The position numbers and the translations under genes are program-made. A stretch of DNA of 58,822 bases, counting the filler, from Sphacelaria rigidula (taxonomy: Eukaryota), in assembly GCA_964200075.2 (NCBI GenBank). It is 8 parts of 8 records of this genome, joined end to end, with 100 filler letters (N's around TTAATTAATTAA, not from the genome) between each part and the next. Parts side by side here need not be neighbours in the genome. Positions count along the whole stretch, not along the records: positions 29,464 to 36,728 come from CAXNAA020015707.1; positions 36,829 to 44,093 come from CAXNAA020015708.1; positions 44,194 to 51,458 come from CAXNAA020015709.1; 5 more parts are not named here. The stretch is one strand, 5' to 3'. Shown piece by piece: positions 36,121 to 49,585 of the stretch (the stretch's first letter is position 1; every line of letters starts with the position of its first letter). The notes beneath the pieces are model-generated. The model made no database searches, was not told where the DNA came from, and saw only the letters and a list, made by a program, of their open reading frames with translations.

Positions 36121-36587
36121 AAGCGTGTACAAAGTCACATTTTTCTTGTGTGCATGTGTTCTCGTTTTTGTAGCTCAAACCCAGGAAGTTTCTCCGCAGC
36201 ACTCATTCTTCAGGGGATATACCTGCGCACCGAGGAGCAACAAGAAGACCAGGGGCGCCTCAGAGAGTCACGAAAATCAGATCTCCACCGGTCTGGTAGC
36301 GTTATGTTGAGTGTAACGCTCGAACAGTTGAAAGCAGACACCGTAGTTGGACAGAGAATAAACAAAACAGGCACCTCAGATGTCGACAACTTCGTACTAG
36401 ATCTAACAACATACTTGTGAGATTCAGGTCGTGGTGTTTTTCTCGGATTCTGGATCATACATCCTAGTTTACTGTAGTTTTTACCTGAATGATGGACTAT
36501 TCGGTGAACGCACCCTCAACAACGGCTGAAGCCCTCACTCGCGGGGAGAGTATGCCGCAACTACTGTTTCAATCCGACAACAGTATC

Positions 36588-36728
36588 GCCGCGCCCCGGT
36601 GGTGTAATGTTCCGACTGTCGCCATTAGGGTGGAGAGAATGAGGGTTCGATTCCCGGTGCGTTGAGTTGTTTTCTTCGTAATGTATGATTTCCACCGTGG
36701 AAAGCGTGAGAACGTCAGTAAACAAAGT
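36588..36728 (+). mobile_element. SINE family 2 head (tRNA-derived), cut by the contig end
   Basis: GGTGGTGTAATG (A box) and GGTTCGATTCCC (B box) are followed by a non-tRNA body. It matches 51559-51688 on the minus strand. Confidence 0.72.
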
Positions 36729-36828
36729 NNNNNNNNNNNNNNNNNNNNNNNNNNNNNNNNNNNNNNNNNNNNTTAATTAATTAANNNNNNNNNNNNNNNN
36801 NNNNNNNNNNNNNNNNNNNNNNNNNNNN

Positions 36829-37080
36829 GAGCGACTATGTCGAGGGTACACAAAAATCGATTTAACGGCCGACGAGGGAAAAGGGACTGCTATACCCCTC
36901 TCGCGATAAAAAATAAAGGCAAGCACCGCAGAAGGAAGGTGAGGCATTAAAAACAAATATGAAAGACAAAGCTCCAGTGTTGACCTTCCTGCTGTGTGAC
37001 CCCGGCTGATGCGCCCACATATACCGAAAGGTGTAGATTGGTGCCCAGAATAAATGGGACAACACAACACAGAACACATA
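36829..37080 (+). mobile_element. SINE family 1 copy (head lost at contig start), tail-to-tail with a partial minus copy at ~37135-37285
   Basis: Conserved body and acaacacaacac tail. The adjacent inverted copy has tgttgtgtgttg...tataagtgggcgcaccagccggggtcacacaggag. Confidence 0.8.
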
Positions 37081-39001
37081 AATCAAGTGATGGTAGTTGA
37101 TGTGTGCGCATCAGTCTTCGGAGCACAGATCTATGTGTGTTGTTGTGTGTTGTGTTCTTGGTATGTGTGTTGTCGTCCCATCTATTTTGGACGCCGGTCT
37201 ACACCTTTCGGTATAAGTGGGCGCACCAGCCGGGGTCACACAGGAGCAAGGTCAATAGAGGAGTTTTACTTTTTGTTTGTTCTTAATACTCCACCGGTGA
37301 GTCGAAATTTTCCCCGCAGCAGAAACCAAAGAAACAATTTCACTTCGTGACACTGGAACAAGGCCTGGAGGTAAAACAAGGATTTTTGGTGAGGTGGGAG
37401 GCACAGCCAACGGCCTGCACCACTGTAGTAGATTGTCACGACACGAAGATCGACTGCTGTTCGTCGCACGCTGTGCGAACGCAAGATCGAATGTGTTCTA
37501 CCGGAAGCACTGGCTTGAACAGACCGTAAAGCACGCGATCTGGCGAAAATCGCACACGCAAAAGTCCCGATCATAAGTCAATTAACAAAAAATTGGTCCC
37601 TCGGCGACCGCCACCGACTTACACGCATAACAGGTTATGTATACGGATTTCGACCACACCTGTCAGTGAGTGGGTTAAGAACATGTGAAGGATATACTAT
37701 GTTTTAGTGTAGATGCTCCGCTTCATTGGTCCAACCTCACAACCCACTACTGTACCCACACCCAACACAGCGACATATGCACAACAGACAATATGCAGCA
37801 CCAAGATGAAGATCCCTTTGCCCTCTAGCCTGTGCAGCAGCCGCAGTCCGCCGAAAAACGAGTAAGGCAGATACACACCACGCATCGGATTATTGATCGT
37901 GCTCAAGTGCAAAACGCATCACAACGACAGACGTATATAGGAAGTCTGTGGAAAACCTCCAACCGAATCAAGCACCAACACCGACTAAGACCTCGTACAG
38001 AAGAATGACACTTTGTTGCCTAGATGCGGCTTTCTAAACGTAACAGACATCCAAGACACGCAACAAGCATACGGGTATACGAAAAGAGGAACGGAACGAC
38101 ACATGACAGCCCCTCGTGTATGAATGATGGTGTCCTTCCCACGTTTCCTGACGACACAGTTCAGCTCGTGGACATTCTAAGAATGACGACCAAACCTCTG
38201 ACGATGCCAACCAAACTCGACGCTACAGAAATGGCACCCACAGGACACGCTTCAACATCTGTATTTGCCATTGCAGTGTGGGGAGCTTGACACTCGAAAA
38301 AACAGCCCCGCTTGAGGACATCCAACTCAGAGCAGAAGATAGCTACAGTATCTTGCTGCTCCAGCAAAACATACATGACCGACTGTTGGAGCGAAGGTAA
38401 CTGAACCACCCTGACGTGTCGAAAACACCGATCAACCACTTTTTTGTCGGACACTCCGTCCGATATGCACCACAGCTACTACGCCAGAACAGACGCAAAC
38501 ACTCCTGAGCGGAAAGGTTACCGAGGAACGAGTTCTGTGGCTCACTCACGAGACATGAACGGTTCAACGTACGTGGGGGAAAACCCTGATCTTTCTTTAT
38601 CCGGTCTCGGGGGAAACAAATTATGGCGACTCTTCATCGCCTGCAGTGCTGTTTTCGGCCGGGCACTTCTCGTCTTGCTCTAAACGAGAGCTTCGTAATA
38701 AAACACTTTTCTCTCCCCCTTATTTACTTTCTCTTCCTGGGGGGAAAAGGGACCAAAAGCTTCCACTACTTCTTTTTTTTCCGTTCTTGTTTCGGATTTT
38801 GTCGCCTTTGTTCTTCTCTTTCAAATTTGAAAACAAAATTCAACGCTCCCTTTTGTTTCTCGAGAACGATCACGATCGTCGTATACAATATTTTTCAGGT
38901 GTTTCGATTACCACGTCACGATCGCACCCAATAATTTGGTATTGGAAAGGAAGAAGAATGCGACATACAGTGGTACAACCAGTGTTCGTCTCGAGCGGGC
39001 C

Positions 39002-39233
39002 TTAGTTCCTGCTGCCAACCCCGTTCCCTTCAGTGACCGTGAAATCTGCGTCGCCTCCTCCAGCACCACGGTCCCTCCGTTGTTTCTCGTCTTGCTCACT
39101 TCTGGCCGTCTCCTTAAGCTGCTCTAGAGCCCCGGTTTTCTTGCACAGCGCGTAGAACAAGCTGTTGGGGTCGTTCAGAAGTTCTAGCGGGGAAGCGTAC
39201 TCCATAAGTTTACCTCGCTCGAGCACCATCACT
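39002..39233 (-). CDS. ABCC/MRP-type ABC transporter, terminal exon
   Basis: cacgtcgtcag|A GTG. Reads (R)VMVLERGKLMEYASPLELLNDPNSLFYALCKKTG...stop, the typical end of ABCC NBD2. Confidence 0.85.
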
Positions 39234-41657
39234 CTGACGACGTGAATAATGCACCACATCAGGGAGATTGCGGAGGTCATGAAGAGGGAAATTAATCGAG
39301 GGACCCGGCCGCCGGAGAGGGTGGGGAGGGTGGGGAGGGTGGGGGGGGGGGGGGGGGGCAAAAAATTTGGGGGGACAGAACAAAATGGGGGGAACCGGGA
39401 AACGAACGCACAAACGTATCTTGCATCATACTTACAATATGACCACTTGGAGGCAGTCCTTTACATCTCAAACGCGCCTGAATGTCGAGGCATTTCACAA
39501 GACCGGCGCGTCACGTGTCTTCTTCATGCATGTTCCTGAACTGGTTCAAATATGGTCATGTCAGGCTTGATCCCAATTCAGACATGGGCACGTGAGATTT
39601 TCAATTTGTCGTTCGGTCAAAAGATGGCCATGTGAGCTTACTCTCGACACAGCCAACCATATGAATGTAAGGCGATCATGTGTGTTCCCGTGCCGACCGG
39701 GTCGGCCCTTTTTTTATGTGTAATATGTCCCAGTATCGACTCAACGCCAACGCCTACTCTCGAAACCCTTCCTCATGGGCCACAACAGCAATCTTTGTTC
39801 CGGGTCCAGAATTTTGAGTTAAAATCTTCATCATTCCGTGAATAACACCGACTTAGAAAAACACTATCCGTGACCTTGGATTGTTGACAATATATTATTC
39901 AATCACAATTTTGAGGCCACCCGTGTTCACTCGTTCTGACCAAAAGCGCCGAGTTCGTCTTCTTTTATTTTCTTGGCCTGACTTCTAATTCCTCCCCTTC
40001 CTCGGCACGAATCCATGGTCTCAAGCAACCAATCAACTCATATCTCCCCCGCTACACGCGATATACTCTCGGATCGCGGATTGGATCAGCACTACTGCAC
40101 AGGGTCGACGCTCGTCCCAACAAGCCACGTCAAACAGACCATTTCTGCTGCTCGCGCCTTCACACCTTCAACGAGGGGGATCATGTACTTATGAAAAAAA
40201 AGTACAAAAGACGCATCTGCCGGGGATAGTACCCTCCGCTTTCCCGTTTTGACAGTGTCCGTCGTACCATTCCACCACGGAGGCGCAGCGGTGCAGTTGC
40301 TTCATAAACTTGGGCAACGATACTTTACAATACCTCAGTCAATTGGCGCGAGCGCACCGCAAACTATATACTTACACGTCGCAATTTGTACTCAAGAATG
40401 GTGATTAATCGGGGAAAATAAGTGCACCGTCAGAGTTCAGTCTATTCGAGGACATACCCATCCACCCGCCTTACCCCCCCCACCCACCCCCTAACTCCGC
40501 CTGGTCCGGTGGAAACCCGGCGTGCCCGGTCTCGGCTTTGTAGGGGCAGACACTTTACGTGGTTGATGTCGGTTGGTAATGACGCTGTGAAACACGCCAC
40601 TCACTGCGTAAGCTAGGCATCCAGGTTACCGGGGGCTTTTTCGCGCTTGCGTTTTTGCTGCGGTTACCATTATGGTGGCGGAGTTAGATCATATTGTGCA
40701 GCGTGGGAAAACCTCAATTCCACACAGAGGGGATGATCGTACTACGTCGTGTTTACATGGTGAGTCACCCGAAAGGCAGTGTGTAAGCCGTGGCTGTCTC
40801 TGGAAGTGGTGAGGTCGGAAAATGAAGCAACTCACTGGAGGCTGTGGATAATCAATAAGCTTCGGGCGGAACAATCTTAGCAGGATACAGCTCACCCTTC
40901 ATGCGACTCGCGGAACACATCACAGCGCTTCGCGCTTGGTGATTGATTTCCAGCCTGGTCCGGCGAAAACCCGGCGTGCTCCATCCCGGCTTCCTAGGAA
41001 TGAGGGATCAATGGCCTCAAATACTACGGCATGCAAGATAACGAGTATGCCTCACACACATCATCCCCTCAATAGCTGAAACATGTCTGACATGGAGGGC
41101 CGTCTGGAAGAGGCGCCAGCCAGTCAAGCGTGGGCTGGTCATAAGGCGCATACTACTCAAGTAGCGGTTTCTCTCGGACATTTCAACTCTCGATACTCGA
41201 AATTTCTATTCCAGTGGTTGGAAGGCAACAACCTCACCGTGTAGCCGTATCGTAACCTACCTCAAGGTCTCGACGGAATACACATTTTCAAAAGTAGGTT
41301 TCAAAATCACATTACTCAAGCTACACCCGACAAACGTCATCATGATTCTCGTCCACAACTGTCTCTGAGAGACGGCTGAGGGTTGACCGCAAGTCATAAA
41401 AATTGAAGTGATGAGTGGGAAAAAACAAACAGACGTCCAAGTTCCAGAATCGCCTAGAGACCACGCACATCCATCCTACAGAAAGGGTGTAAGGAAAATC
41501 AGTTCACCAAACGAGCTATTTTCGCTTGTGTTTTCCGCGAAAGGAATTGATGTACTCATGGAGCAAGATATACCGCAGCTAGAACTTTGCGCAAGACAAA
41601 CTTGAATGTTTTAAAAACTCCAGCCAAAAAGCCACCCCCCTGCCCCACAGTCATCAC

Positions 41658-41737
41658 CTGTCGTAGTAGATGATGGTGTGCAATCGGTGCGCAATGCACA
41701 GCACGGTGCAGTTGCGGAACTCCTCTCGCATTGTAGA
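41658..41737 (-). CDS. ABCC/MRP-type ABC transporter, penultimate exon (H-loop)
   Basis: gtcgacag|TCT...AG|gtgatg. Reads STMREEFRNCTVLCIAHRLHTIIYYD(R), with the IAHRL H-switch. Phase 2 joins the terminal exon. Confidence 0.9.
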
Positions 41738-44261
41738 CTGTCGACATAGAAGCGCAAGAACAATTCACGACAGCAAACGACACGAAGGAGAAGAACTTAA
41801 AACAGAATAAATTTTGACAAACAAGACAAGCGAAATCAAATCAAGTCATGAGGCAGAACGTAGGGAAATACGTGAACGGGCAGCGGGCCCTATAGTCAGT
41901 CAGTGCGTGGGGCTAGGAAGGAAGAGAAGATGATGATTCCACCACGCCGACAAGCAGGTGGCGTTGTCGATAAATACTTGAGACGCACATATGATAAAAT
42001 GCCGCCATAACTGGCACGCGATGATGATGAGGGTCAGAACGAAGGCATCACAATTTCAGCTTTCAGATCCGCCGTTCTTTCGGTTGAGTGGCTACTGGAG
42101 AAAGAGACGCTGCCAACCTAAAAATGACGAGATCAACACCTGAAAGCAAGAACAAAAAAACAAGAACAAAAAACAACTTCACACTCGCAGCCATGTGAAC
42201 GCCCCCTTCACCTCCTCTTCCTGTCAAGCATACCTGCCCTGATTGTACTCGTGCCCAACAAACGCTTCCCCCTCTTCACACAGCGAAAGCACACGAAAAA
42301 AAAGGGGGTATAGCCGTGCCTCACATCATCTCTTGTTCTCTCGCAACCTTGACACCACAGGCACCCATAAGAGCATATCCCCGAACATAGGATCACAGTA
42401 CACGACAAAACTTGCAGCTATAACATATGCCAGAAGCTTTCCCCGAGGTCTGACTCTCGAGTGAAAGCACACGCGCCCTACAGCAAAAATAGGAGGGATG
42501 GGGGACGGAGGGGAACCACCATTGTGTGAGCTCAGACTTCTGCTTGGTCTGACAACAGCGCCGTGCGGGAAGACGTATGTACATATCCTTACCCAGTTGA
42601 GCCCATCACGCTCATCTATCTGCGTTCTGTGATAACCTCAGGTGAATAAACGTGGTATATCTAGACTGTTCGGGTACGATAACCAACCAGTAGTGCACTT
42701 CACGATATCGATCGGAATGTTCAGCCATGATGACCAGTACAATCGTAGGACTCAAGAGATGAATCGAGACCAAGGAGGGCATCGCCCGCCCCATACTAGT
42801 GTCACCACTGCACACCCTGGACACTAAATAGATTGCACTGTCAAAACGTGTAGCGGAAGTATGGGATGTATTGTCTGTTGCAATAGACCACACCCTAGAC
42901 AATATGTGGTCAACCATTGCAATGGGCCTACACTTGACGCAGTACATTTTCTTATATCGCAACTTTTCACTGCGTACTATCGAGGGTGTGTCATAGACGC
43001 AATAGTCAATACTGTAGGCAGTACACTTTTTGACAGCGCAAATCTTTTGTCCAGGCTATGTATTCCACAGATGTGGCGTACCCCAGGGGTCATGTGCCCT
43101 GTTTCAACACAAGGAGTGGCGCATCTTTGATGCTACTGAGTAAAGTGAAAGACACAGCTGCAGACAAGTACAGCAGCAGTAGCCGTAACATGATAAACTC
43201 ACGCGTATTGTTGTCGTACATGCTCGCGAGTCGAACAATTTCAGACATATGAATGACTTGACAGCAACAAGTCTTCGGGTCAATGAAGCGGGGGCGACGG
43301 CGCGTCAAGTTGAGACAAGTGCGACATTGTCGTCCAACAAACGATCCGCGCCTTGACCAATATCAAGCGGTGAAATAAACGTCAAAGTTGAGTAACCTCG
43401 GGGCGAAGAACCCGGTCGTAATTATCACGCCAAAGTCCCCACGGCCTAGAAAAAAGCGTGGAGAACAAGCAATTAACCACACGTCCGACAGAACGAACCG
43501 ACTTCTGCGTGTTTCAGATATTCTTCGAGAAAACACGTCTTGTTCTACACGAACAGATCATCTGACAACGCCTCGAGCAGTTGCTCTGAATCCTGAATGC
43601 AGTGTCTGGCAGCGCTCAAGAAAATGCGTTCAAGCCGAGCGCAATCAATACCTGACGAATATTATGGAAAGTGTTACGCACCGAATACAACATAATATTT
43701 GACAATGTTTGTGAAAGCTGCTCTACACCGAACGTAATATATGCCAACATGTTACAATCTTCTTCAACGTGAACCAACACATGATATACGTTCTGTTTTG
43801 TCAGACGTGTGCAAATATGATTTGTGCCCCCAGGGGGGGAAGGTCAGCCAGCACAAGTACTACAACCAGTATCAAGTGGTGCACTGATCAATCCTGTTCA
43901 ACTGTTTCCCCACAGGCGGAGTTCAGCAGAACATTTCGATGAAAGTAGACAGGCCGTTGAACTAACTGCTGGGTGATATGGGTCGATCCGCTAACGACTC
44001 ATCACGAAGGAGGACAGTGGGGGGGGGGGGGGGGGGGGGGGGGAAAAAAAAAAAGGGGGGGGGAGGAAGAAAAAAAGAAAGAAAAAAAAACGANNNNNNN
44101 NNNNNNNNNNNNNNNNNNNNNNNNNNNNNNNNNNNNNTTAATTAATTAANNNNNNNNNNNNNNNNNNNNNNNNNNNNNNNNNNNNNNNNNNNNAGAATCG
44201 TTAGGAGCCTCTGAACCAGACAAAATTTCGCGAAAAAAGTGCACCCCTACCGTAGCATTGC

Positions 44262-46130
44262 TCAGGATGTTGAGTTCTCAAGCGACCCCAGGCCATGTTC
44301 ATCTTCGTTCCGCAGGCGAGACATGACCGTCTCGATGATAGGTGCATCTCGCGCGAAAGCACGGGCGTATACGAGTGTGGAGAAGGCCACCCCCTTGAAA
44401 CGTTGCAGATGCCCATGCTCCAGGAGGTTGCTGACGTATTTCGCGACCCTTTGTTGGGCGGTCCTGACCGCCTTCCTCTTGTCATCAGCCACCACGTCGC
44501 CCGTGGGAAACATGATCTCCTTCCACCCAGAACCTAGCACTTCGTCAACATGAGGTGTGGTGGTGCCGTCACGTGTATATGCTTGGCGGACGAAATCTGA
44601 TGCCGCCCCTTCGACGATGGCAAATAGTCCCGGCTTCTGCGGAACCCGTTTGCCGTTCAGTTCAGCGCGATGCGGCGGATTGTACATCTTGAAGTTGTTG
44701 CTGCTGTGCGCAGAATATGGTTCGTAGTTCCTACATTAAACACGGGTGTGCACCAGAGGACGTGTTAATCCCAATCTGTCCAGGGAGATACATATTAACG
44801 GTGAAAGTCATGCTACGATAAACCTTTGGCGCACGAACCATCTGCTCTACTCGAGTGTCATGATCAAGGGATTCGAAATCTACGAGCTGCATATGAGGGG
44901 GGGGGGGGGGGGGGGGGGGTTCCTAGTATTTTGCTGCGCGTTGGGGGGGAGCGCTGGTCCCCCCCCTCCATTGTGGTGGGGGGTGGGGGGGGGGGTGGCG
45001 TACTCTTTTGTTGCTTGCCTTAGTCGTGTGACCATTGACCACGCATCCCTTTCGAGACGGAGCACCGGGGAGGGGGGGGCAGCTCCTCAGGTAAAGAGCC
45101 CTCTACGACGGCGGGAACCGAGTCACTCCTCGCGTACTTCAGGACGTGTAATTTTCATGGGCAACAGATCTTCCGCCGTATTTGTTTGTGGTTCACGTGT
45201 GTATCCGAGCTGTTGCGCCAATGACGAGCTGGGGAAAGGGTGTGGAAAACCTGGCGGAGGAGGTCCCCCGACGCGACGAACTGAATGCGTAGAATAGAAC
45301 ATGATAACTTTGTTGCGTAGGTGAACTGGACACAAACAGGATATTTATGTTCTCACCCGGGAGCCATCTTCGTGCGTGTGTGGTTCTTGTCTTTTGGTCC
45401 TTGCGTCTTTGTAGGAAAGAAAATTGAATACAGTGGCCGGCAATATCGCCCCGCTTTTGCTCAGGGACTTCTTCAGCTCCGCAAATCGTTCAGCTGCCTC
45501 TATCGGATGTACATTGGGAATTTCGGAAAATGGCAAGCTGAGGTCCGCTGTTGAATGGCACGGTAACATGTCTGTTCAGTGACTGTCGCGTAGGAAGTAC
45601 AGACGAGCCATTTCAAGGAACTCACCGTCACCATCGAAGAGGTCTACTCCGCCGTAGCGACCCCCTCGGGACTTTGCCAGCCCGAACTTGTCAGCAAAAA
45701 CGGAGGCCATCATCGCCGCCCTGTTCTGTCCTTGGGGTGTTATCAGCACCGGCAGTTGCTCTACGAAAGCCTTGTTGGGCTTTCCACCAGTTTCCACATC
45801 TTGCATTTACTGCGTCCAGTGCAGTTTGTGCATTGAGATAATTTCGGCATTTTTTTGTCATCGTGGATTCTGTGCTTGCTTCGATTGTCGGCGTCGCTAG
45901 TCGTGCTCTGTCCTTGTCTCCGCCCTGCCTATCGGAACACATCGTTGATCACGAAGTGTGAATTTCCCAAGACTCTCTCACATGACTGAGTGCGAAAATG
46001 GGTACTTCCCCAGAAGCAGGCATCCAGCACATCACCCCACTTAATGGGTCGCCCTTTCATGTCGAGGATATCTCGGCATCTTTCGCTGATCGCCCTTGCC
46101 ATCCGCGTATGCAGCGCCGCACGACGTACA
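44262..46130 (-). pseudogene. Decayed multi-exon gene of unknown family with short introns, interrupted by the poly(G)-associated repeat
   Basis: Coding-like blocks at 44262-44700, 45090-45280, 45357-45547 and 45626-45806. GT-AG introns 45548-45625 (78 nt) and 45281-45356 (76 nt) keep the frame. Stops and frameshifts occur elsewhere. Confidence 0.5.
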
Positions 46131-46769
46131 AATAGGCGAACGCACGGTTGATATCGTTTACATAATTTGACTGTATCGCTAAATACTTATAGTACCAATT
46201 TTAGGACGGGTTCTATGTGCATGTGACCCGTCATTGCATTGAACGTGAACCACTTTTGAAATAACAGTGACAGCAGAGAGGCCCAGGTATAAAATACCAA
46301 GCCGGATATGGGTGGCGAGCCAGTCGGTTGACATATAGGCACGTGTTCATCGGAGCGGAAAGTACATACATATTACGCCTGAACAGTAACCCTTCTTGTT
46401 TCGTATCATGTTTCGCTGCGGAGTTAAGGTGCGGCGGTACAGAACATCTGCTTCCATATCTACTCACTGCCCCTGTAATTCTGGATCGTATCCGTCCTGC
46501 TCAGAGCCCCCCGTGACGAAGGAGATTATCCTCGATTTGAAGATCCCCATTTCGAAAAAACGACCGCGTTTTGGTCGTTGCTGGACTCGTACCATCCTCC
46601 CGAAAAAAAACTCAGGCAGGGTCTCAGCAGAAGTGATCATCACTTTAGAAAGATCCCTTTTTGTCGGAAATGACCGATGAATGGTGGCTGCGATACAACC
46701 CCCCCCCCCCCGCTAGTTTAAAAAAAACCACACCGGACAAAAGGGATATCGGGGGATGACAAACATTAA

Positions 46770-47100
46770 CCTTTCGAAGGTTGAGTAGTGCGGTTCGATT
46801 CCCGGAACGATCTGGGGTTTGTTTCTTACACCATTCTCAACAGTGGAGAGCGACTATGTCGTGGGTACACAAAATTTGACTTCACGGTCGACGGGGGGAA
46901 GGAACTCCTGAACTCCTCTCGCGATGCAAAATAAAAGGCAAGCACCGCAGAAGGAGGGTGGGGTATTCAAAACAAATAAAAAATAAAAGCCCCTGTGTTG
47001 ACCTTCCCTCTGTGTGACCCCGGCTGATGCGCCCAAACATACCGAAAGGTGTAGACTGGCGCCCAGAAATAATGGGACGATAACACAACACATACAACAA
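46770..47100 (+). mobile_element. SINE family 1 copy
   Basis: B box GGTTCGATTCCC at ~46792, conserved body and acacaacatacaacaa tail. Confidence 0.82.
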
Positions 47101-47732
47101 GCCAAAATTTCATTACATCACTTTTGCAATAGTGATGTTGTCACACCTTGAACGGGAACATGAAACATACCGTTGCAGGGGGATAACCGAAGTCTCGACA
47201 GATACGTTAATACAATCAGCGGTGAACCTGAGGATCGCATTGCCCTCCCAAACCAAAACACACCGCTATATCCATTGCTGCTCGCCATCTGAGCATGCTG
47301 TGGGTGACCTTGCTCAAGTCGGTTCAGCATTCAGTGAGAAACGAGGACTTGCGTGAGACGCACGCATAGCACACGCTCAAAAACAGTCAACAACACCATG
47401 GTTTCGGTTGCTTTTTTACACGCACACGGCCGACTTTTATCTGTTACTAGTCTGATATCTGTCAAGCAGAGGCTGTCGTGCATACATTACGAAGGGCTAC
47501 GGCTTGAGCTCATGCGCGTGAGTGGTGGGTATCTACGCGTCAGTCTAGGCAGCTCGGTGTGTCGGCACTGTGCTACCTCGTCGTATCTTGTCGCAGCAGA
47601 ACATGGATGTTGACTTACGGCCAATCCCAGAACCGCCGCATTTTTTCATCTGTGTGCAGCTCTGGGTTTCGATCTGAACAACACTGCTGCAAGCTGCAGA
47701 GAAAACGCAACAAGCAGCTACCTGTACCGTCG

Positions 47733-48315
47733 TCACATGACAATTGTTCCAAAGTTTGGATGCATAGCTTCTAGCGCAGTGTACTCGGTAAACGAACGGC
47801 CCAAAGCGGACAGCAACCCTGTCTTGCACTCGTTCCTCACGTCGTCACGGGATGGTCTGCACCCGGTGTAGAGACCGCCAGTCGAAAACGCAACAGTACG
47901 AAGGCCAATAATATCATACTGATCCAGTGAGCGCGGCCACCGAACAGTAAGCGGCGCGTCGAATACCTGCAATCAAAACCTCTTGTCACACCTGTTTCTC
48001 CCCTGCTGCGTAAGACGTCGCCTTGCGGTATGCCCCTGCAAACAGGGCCGCCTTCCCTGTCTCAGGATCGGCGGGGCACAGAATCATTGCAGTCGATGTT
48101 CCAGCTTTTACGCCTGGCCTGAAAGATTCAGCTGTGCTGCGGATCGTGAGTTCTGAAATGACGTCATCATTTCTGCCGCAGTTGGTCGCAGCACTTTTGT
48201 CCGCCCCGTTCAAGCTGGTATTGTCCACGAACCAGCACACTTGCTCTGGTGCGAGATTTACCACGAGCCCGTCCCCTCCATCTGCGCCGCTCATGTTTAT
48301 ACTCAAAATCGTGTC
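47733..48315 (-). pseudogene. Coding-like remnant of unknown family
   Basis: Two adjacent protein-like frames (DTILSINMSG...AAGEKQ and VFDAPLTVRWPRSLDQYDIIGLRTVAFSTGGLY...) with splice-like borders, followed by stops. Confidence 0.35.
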
Positions 48316-49504
48316 TCTGCAGGGTATTTGTTGATGGACTTTCAAATGGAGTAGTTGCTTCTGACGAGAGAAGGGCGACTTTGTGTATTACCGTACCCCT
48401 GACCGTAACAGCTCAGGCCCGGTAATAATTTGAAAAGCACGACGCCTGTGAGGCCTGTTTGCCAAATGGTCGGGAGAAATGGTTGACACGAACAATGAGG
48501 TCCGGACCGTAGACAAGGCCTGTTTACCAGATGGTCGAAAACAATGGTCGTCACAAATGATGAGGTGTGGGCCCCATATGTCGGCAGAAATGTTCAGCCA
48601 GATGATAATTCAAGTAATGGTTCAATGTCTTTTCGGATCTTGTGATCGATTGCTCATGGCAAAGCGCCGATCATTGTGCAGGACGGTACCACCGCGTGGG
48701 GTTCACCGTATTGGTTCCGAACCAAAACAAAGATGAACGATAACGGCCACTCTGAGAGTACAGCACACCGGGCCGCGGCAGGGTCCCTGTATTTGCTAAT
48801 GCGGCTCCGCCCACGTTGTCATGCTTGGTGTCTCCTGCACACGTATAACATGCCTCGCACGTGCACTAGATGTCTCGCACACACACCAGGTTTCTCACCA
48901 CGACCGTAAAGCCAGTGCTGTCCGAAAACGCAACTCAGGCCTTTCATGATTTGAGACGTGGGATACCACCCTAGTAACGGTCAGGGTGTTAGGAATGTGC
49001 AACGAAATGCAAAAGTAAAGTCGTCTCTAGGCAGCATCCCTGCGTTTGCAGTCGTACTCTTCAGTCGAAGGTGATGCAATCTGAAGAATTTGCCGGCGCT
49101 GTCGAATGCTGAATAGTGATGTACATACAATACGGTATCACTACAGTACATCAGCCGTACACAAGTACATATTGTCATCACATCAGCCCCACTGTTCAGA
49201 CCCGTGGACGTCCGCCAATTTCGGGGGCACCGAAATCGTCTCACTTTTGTGGCGCTGACGCACAGGCGGCCCGTGGATGATGAAGTCATCGACCCATTGC
49301 GCATACTGGCTTAGATATGGGGAGAATGGGGCATTTTCACGGTATTTACATCACTACCGACCCAAAGGAAGATCACGGTATAATGTTGTATCCTAGCATG
49401 CGATACAGTATCGTACAGTCTGCAATACGTTTTGTTTCAATTTGACGGTTACAGAACCAGGAATAAATACTTGCCCGCACGGTACACCTTATGGCCGATT
49501 TGTA

Positions 49505-49585
49505 CAGAACAGTACAGTACAGTACCGCCACAACAGTACAGTACCGCTACAGTACAGTACCGCTACAGTACAGTACCACTACAGA
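49505..49585. repeat. Minisatellite (acagtacagtaccgct)n
   Basis: Direct reading of the tandem units. Confidence 0.8.

Noticed and set aside
47967-47991. 25-nt GT-AG segment joining two frames
   Set aside because: It is too short for a credible intron in this genome and is more likely a deletion remnant or chance.
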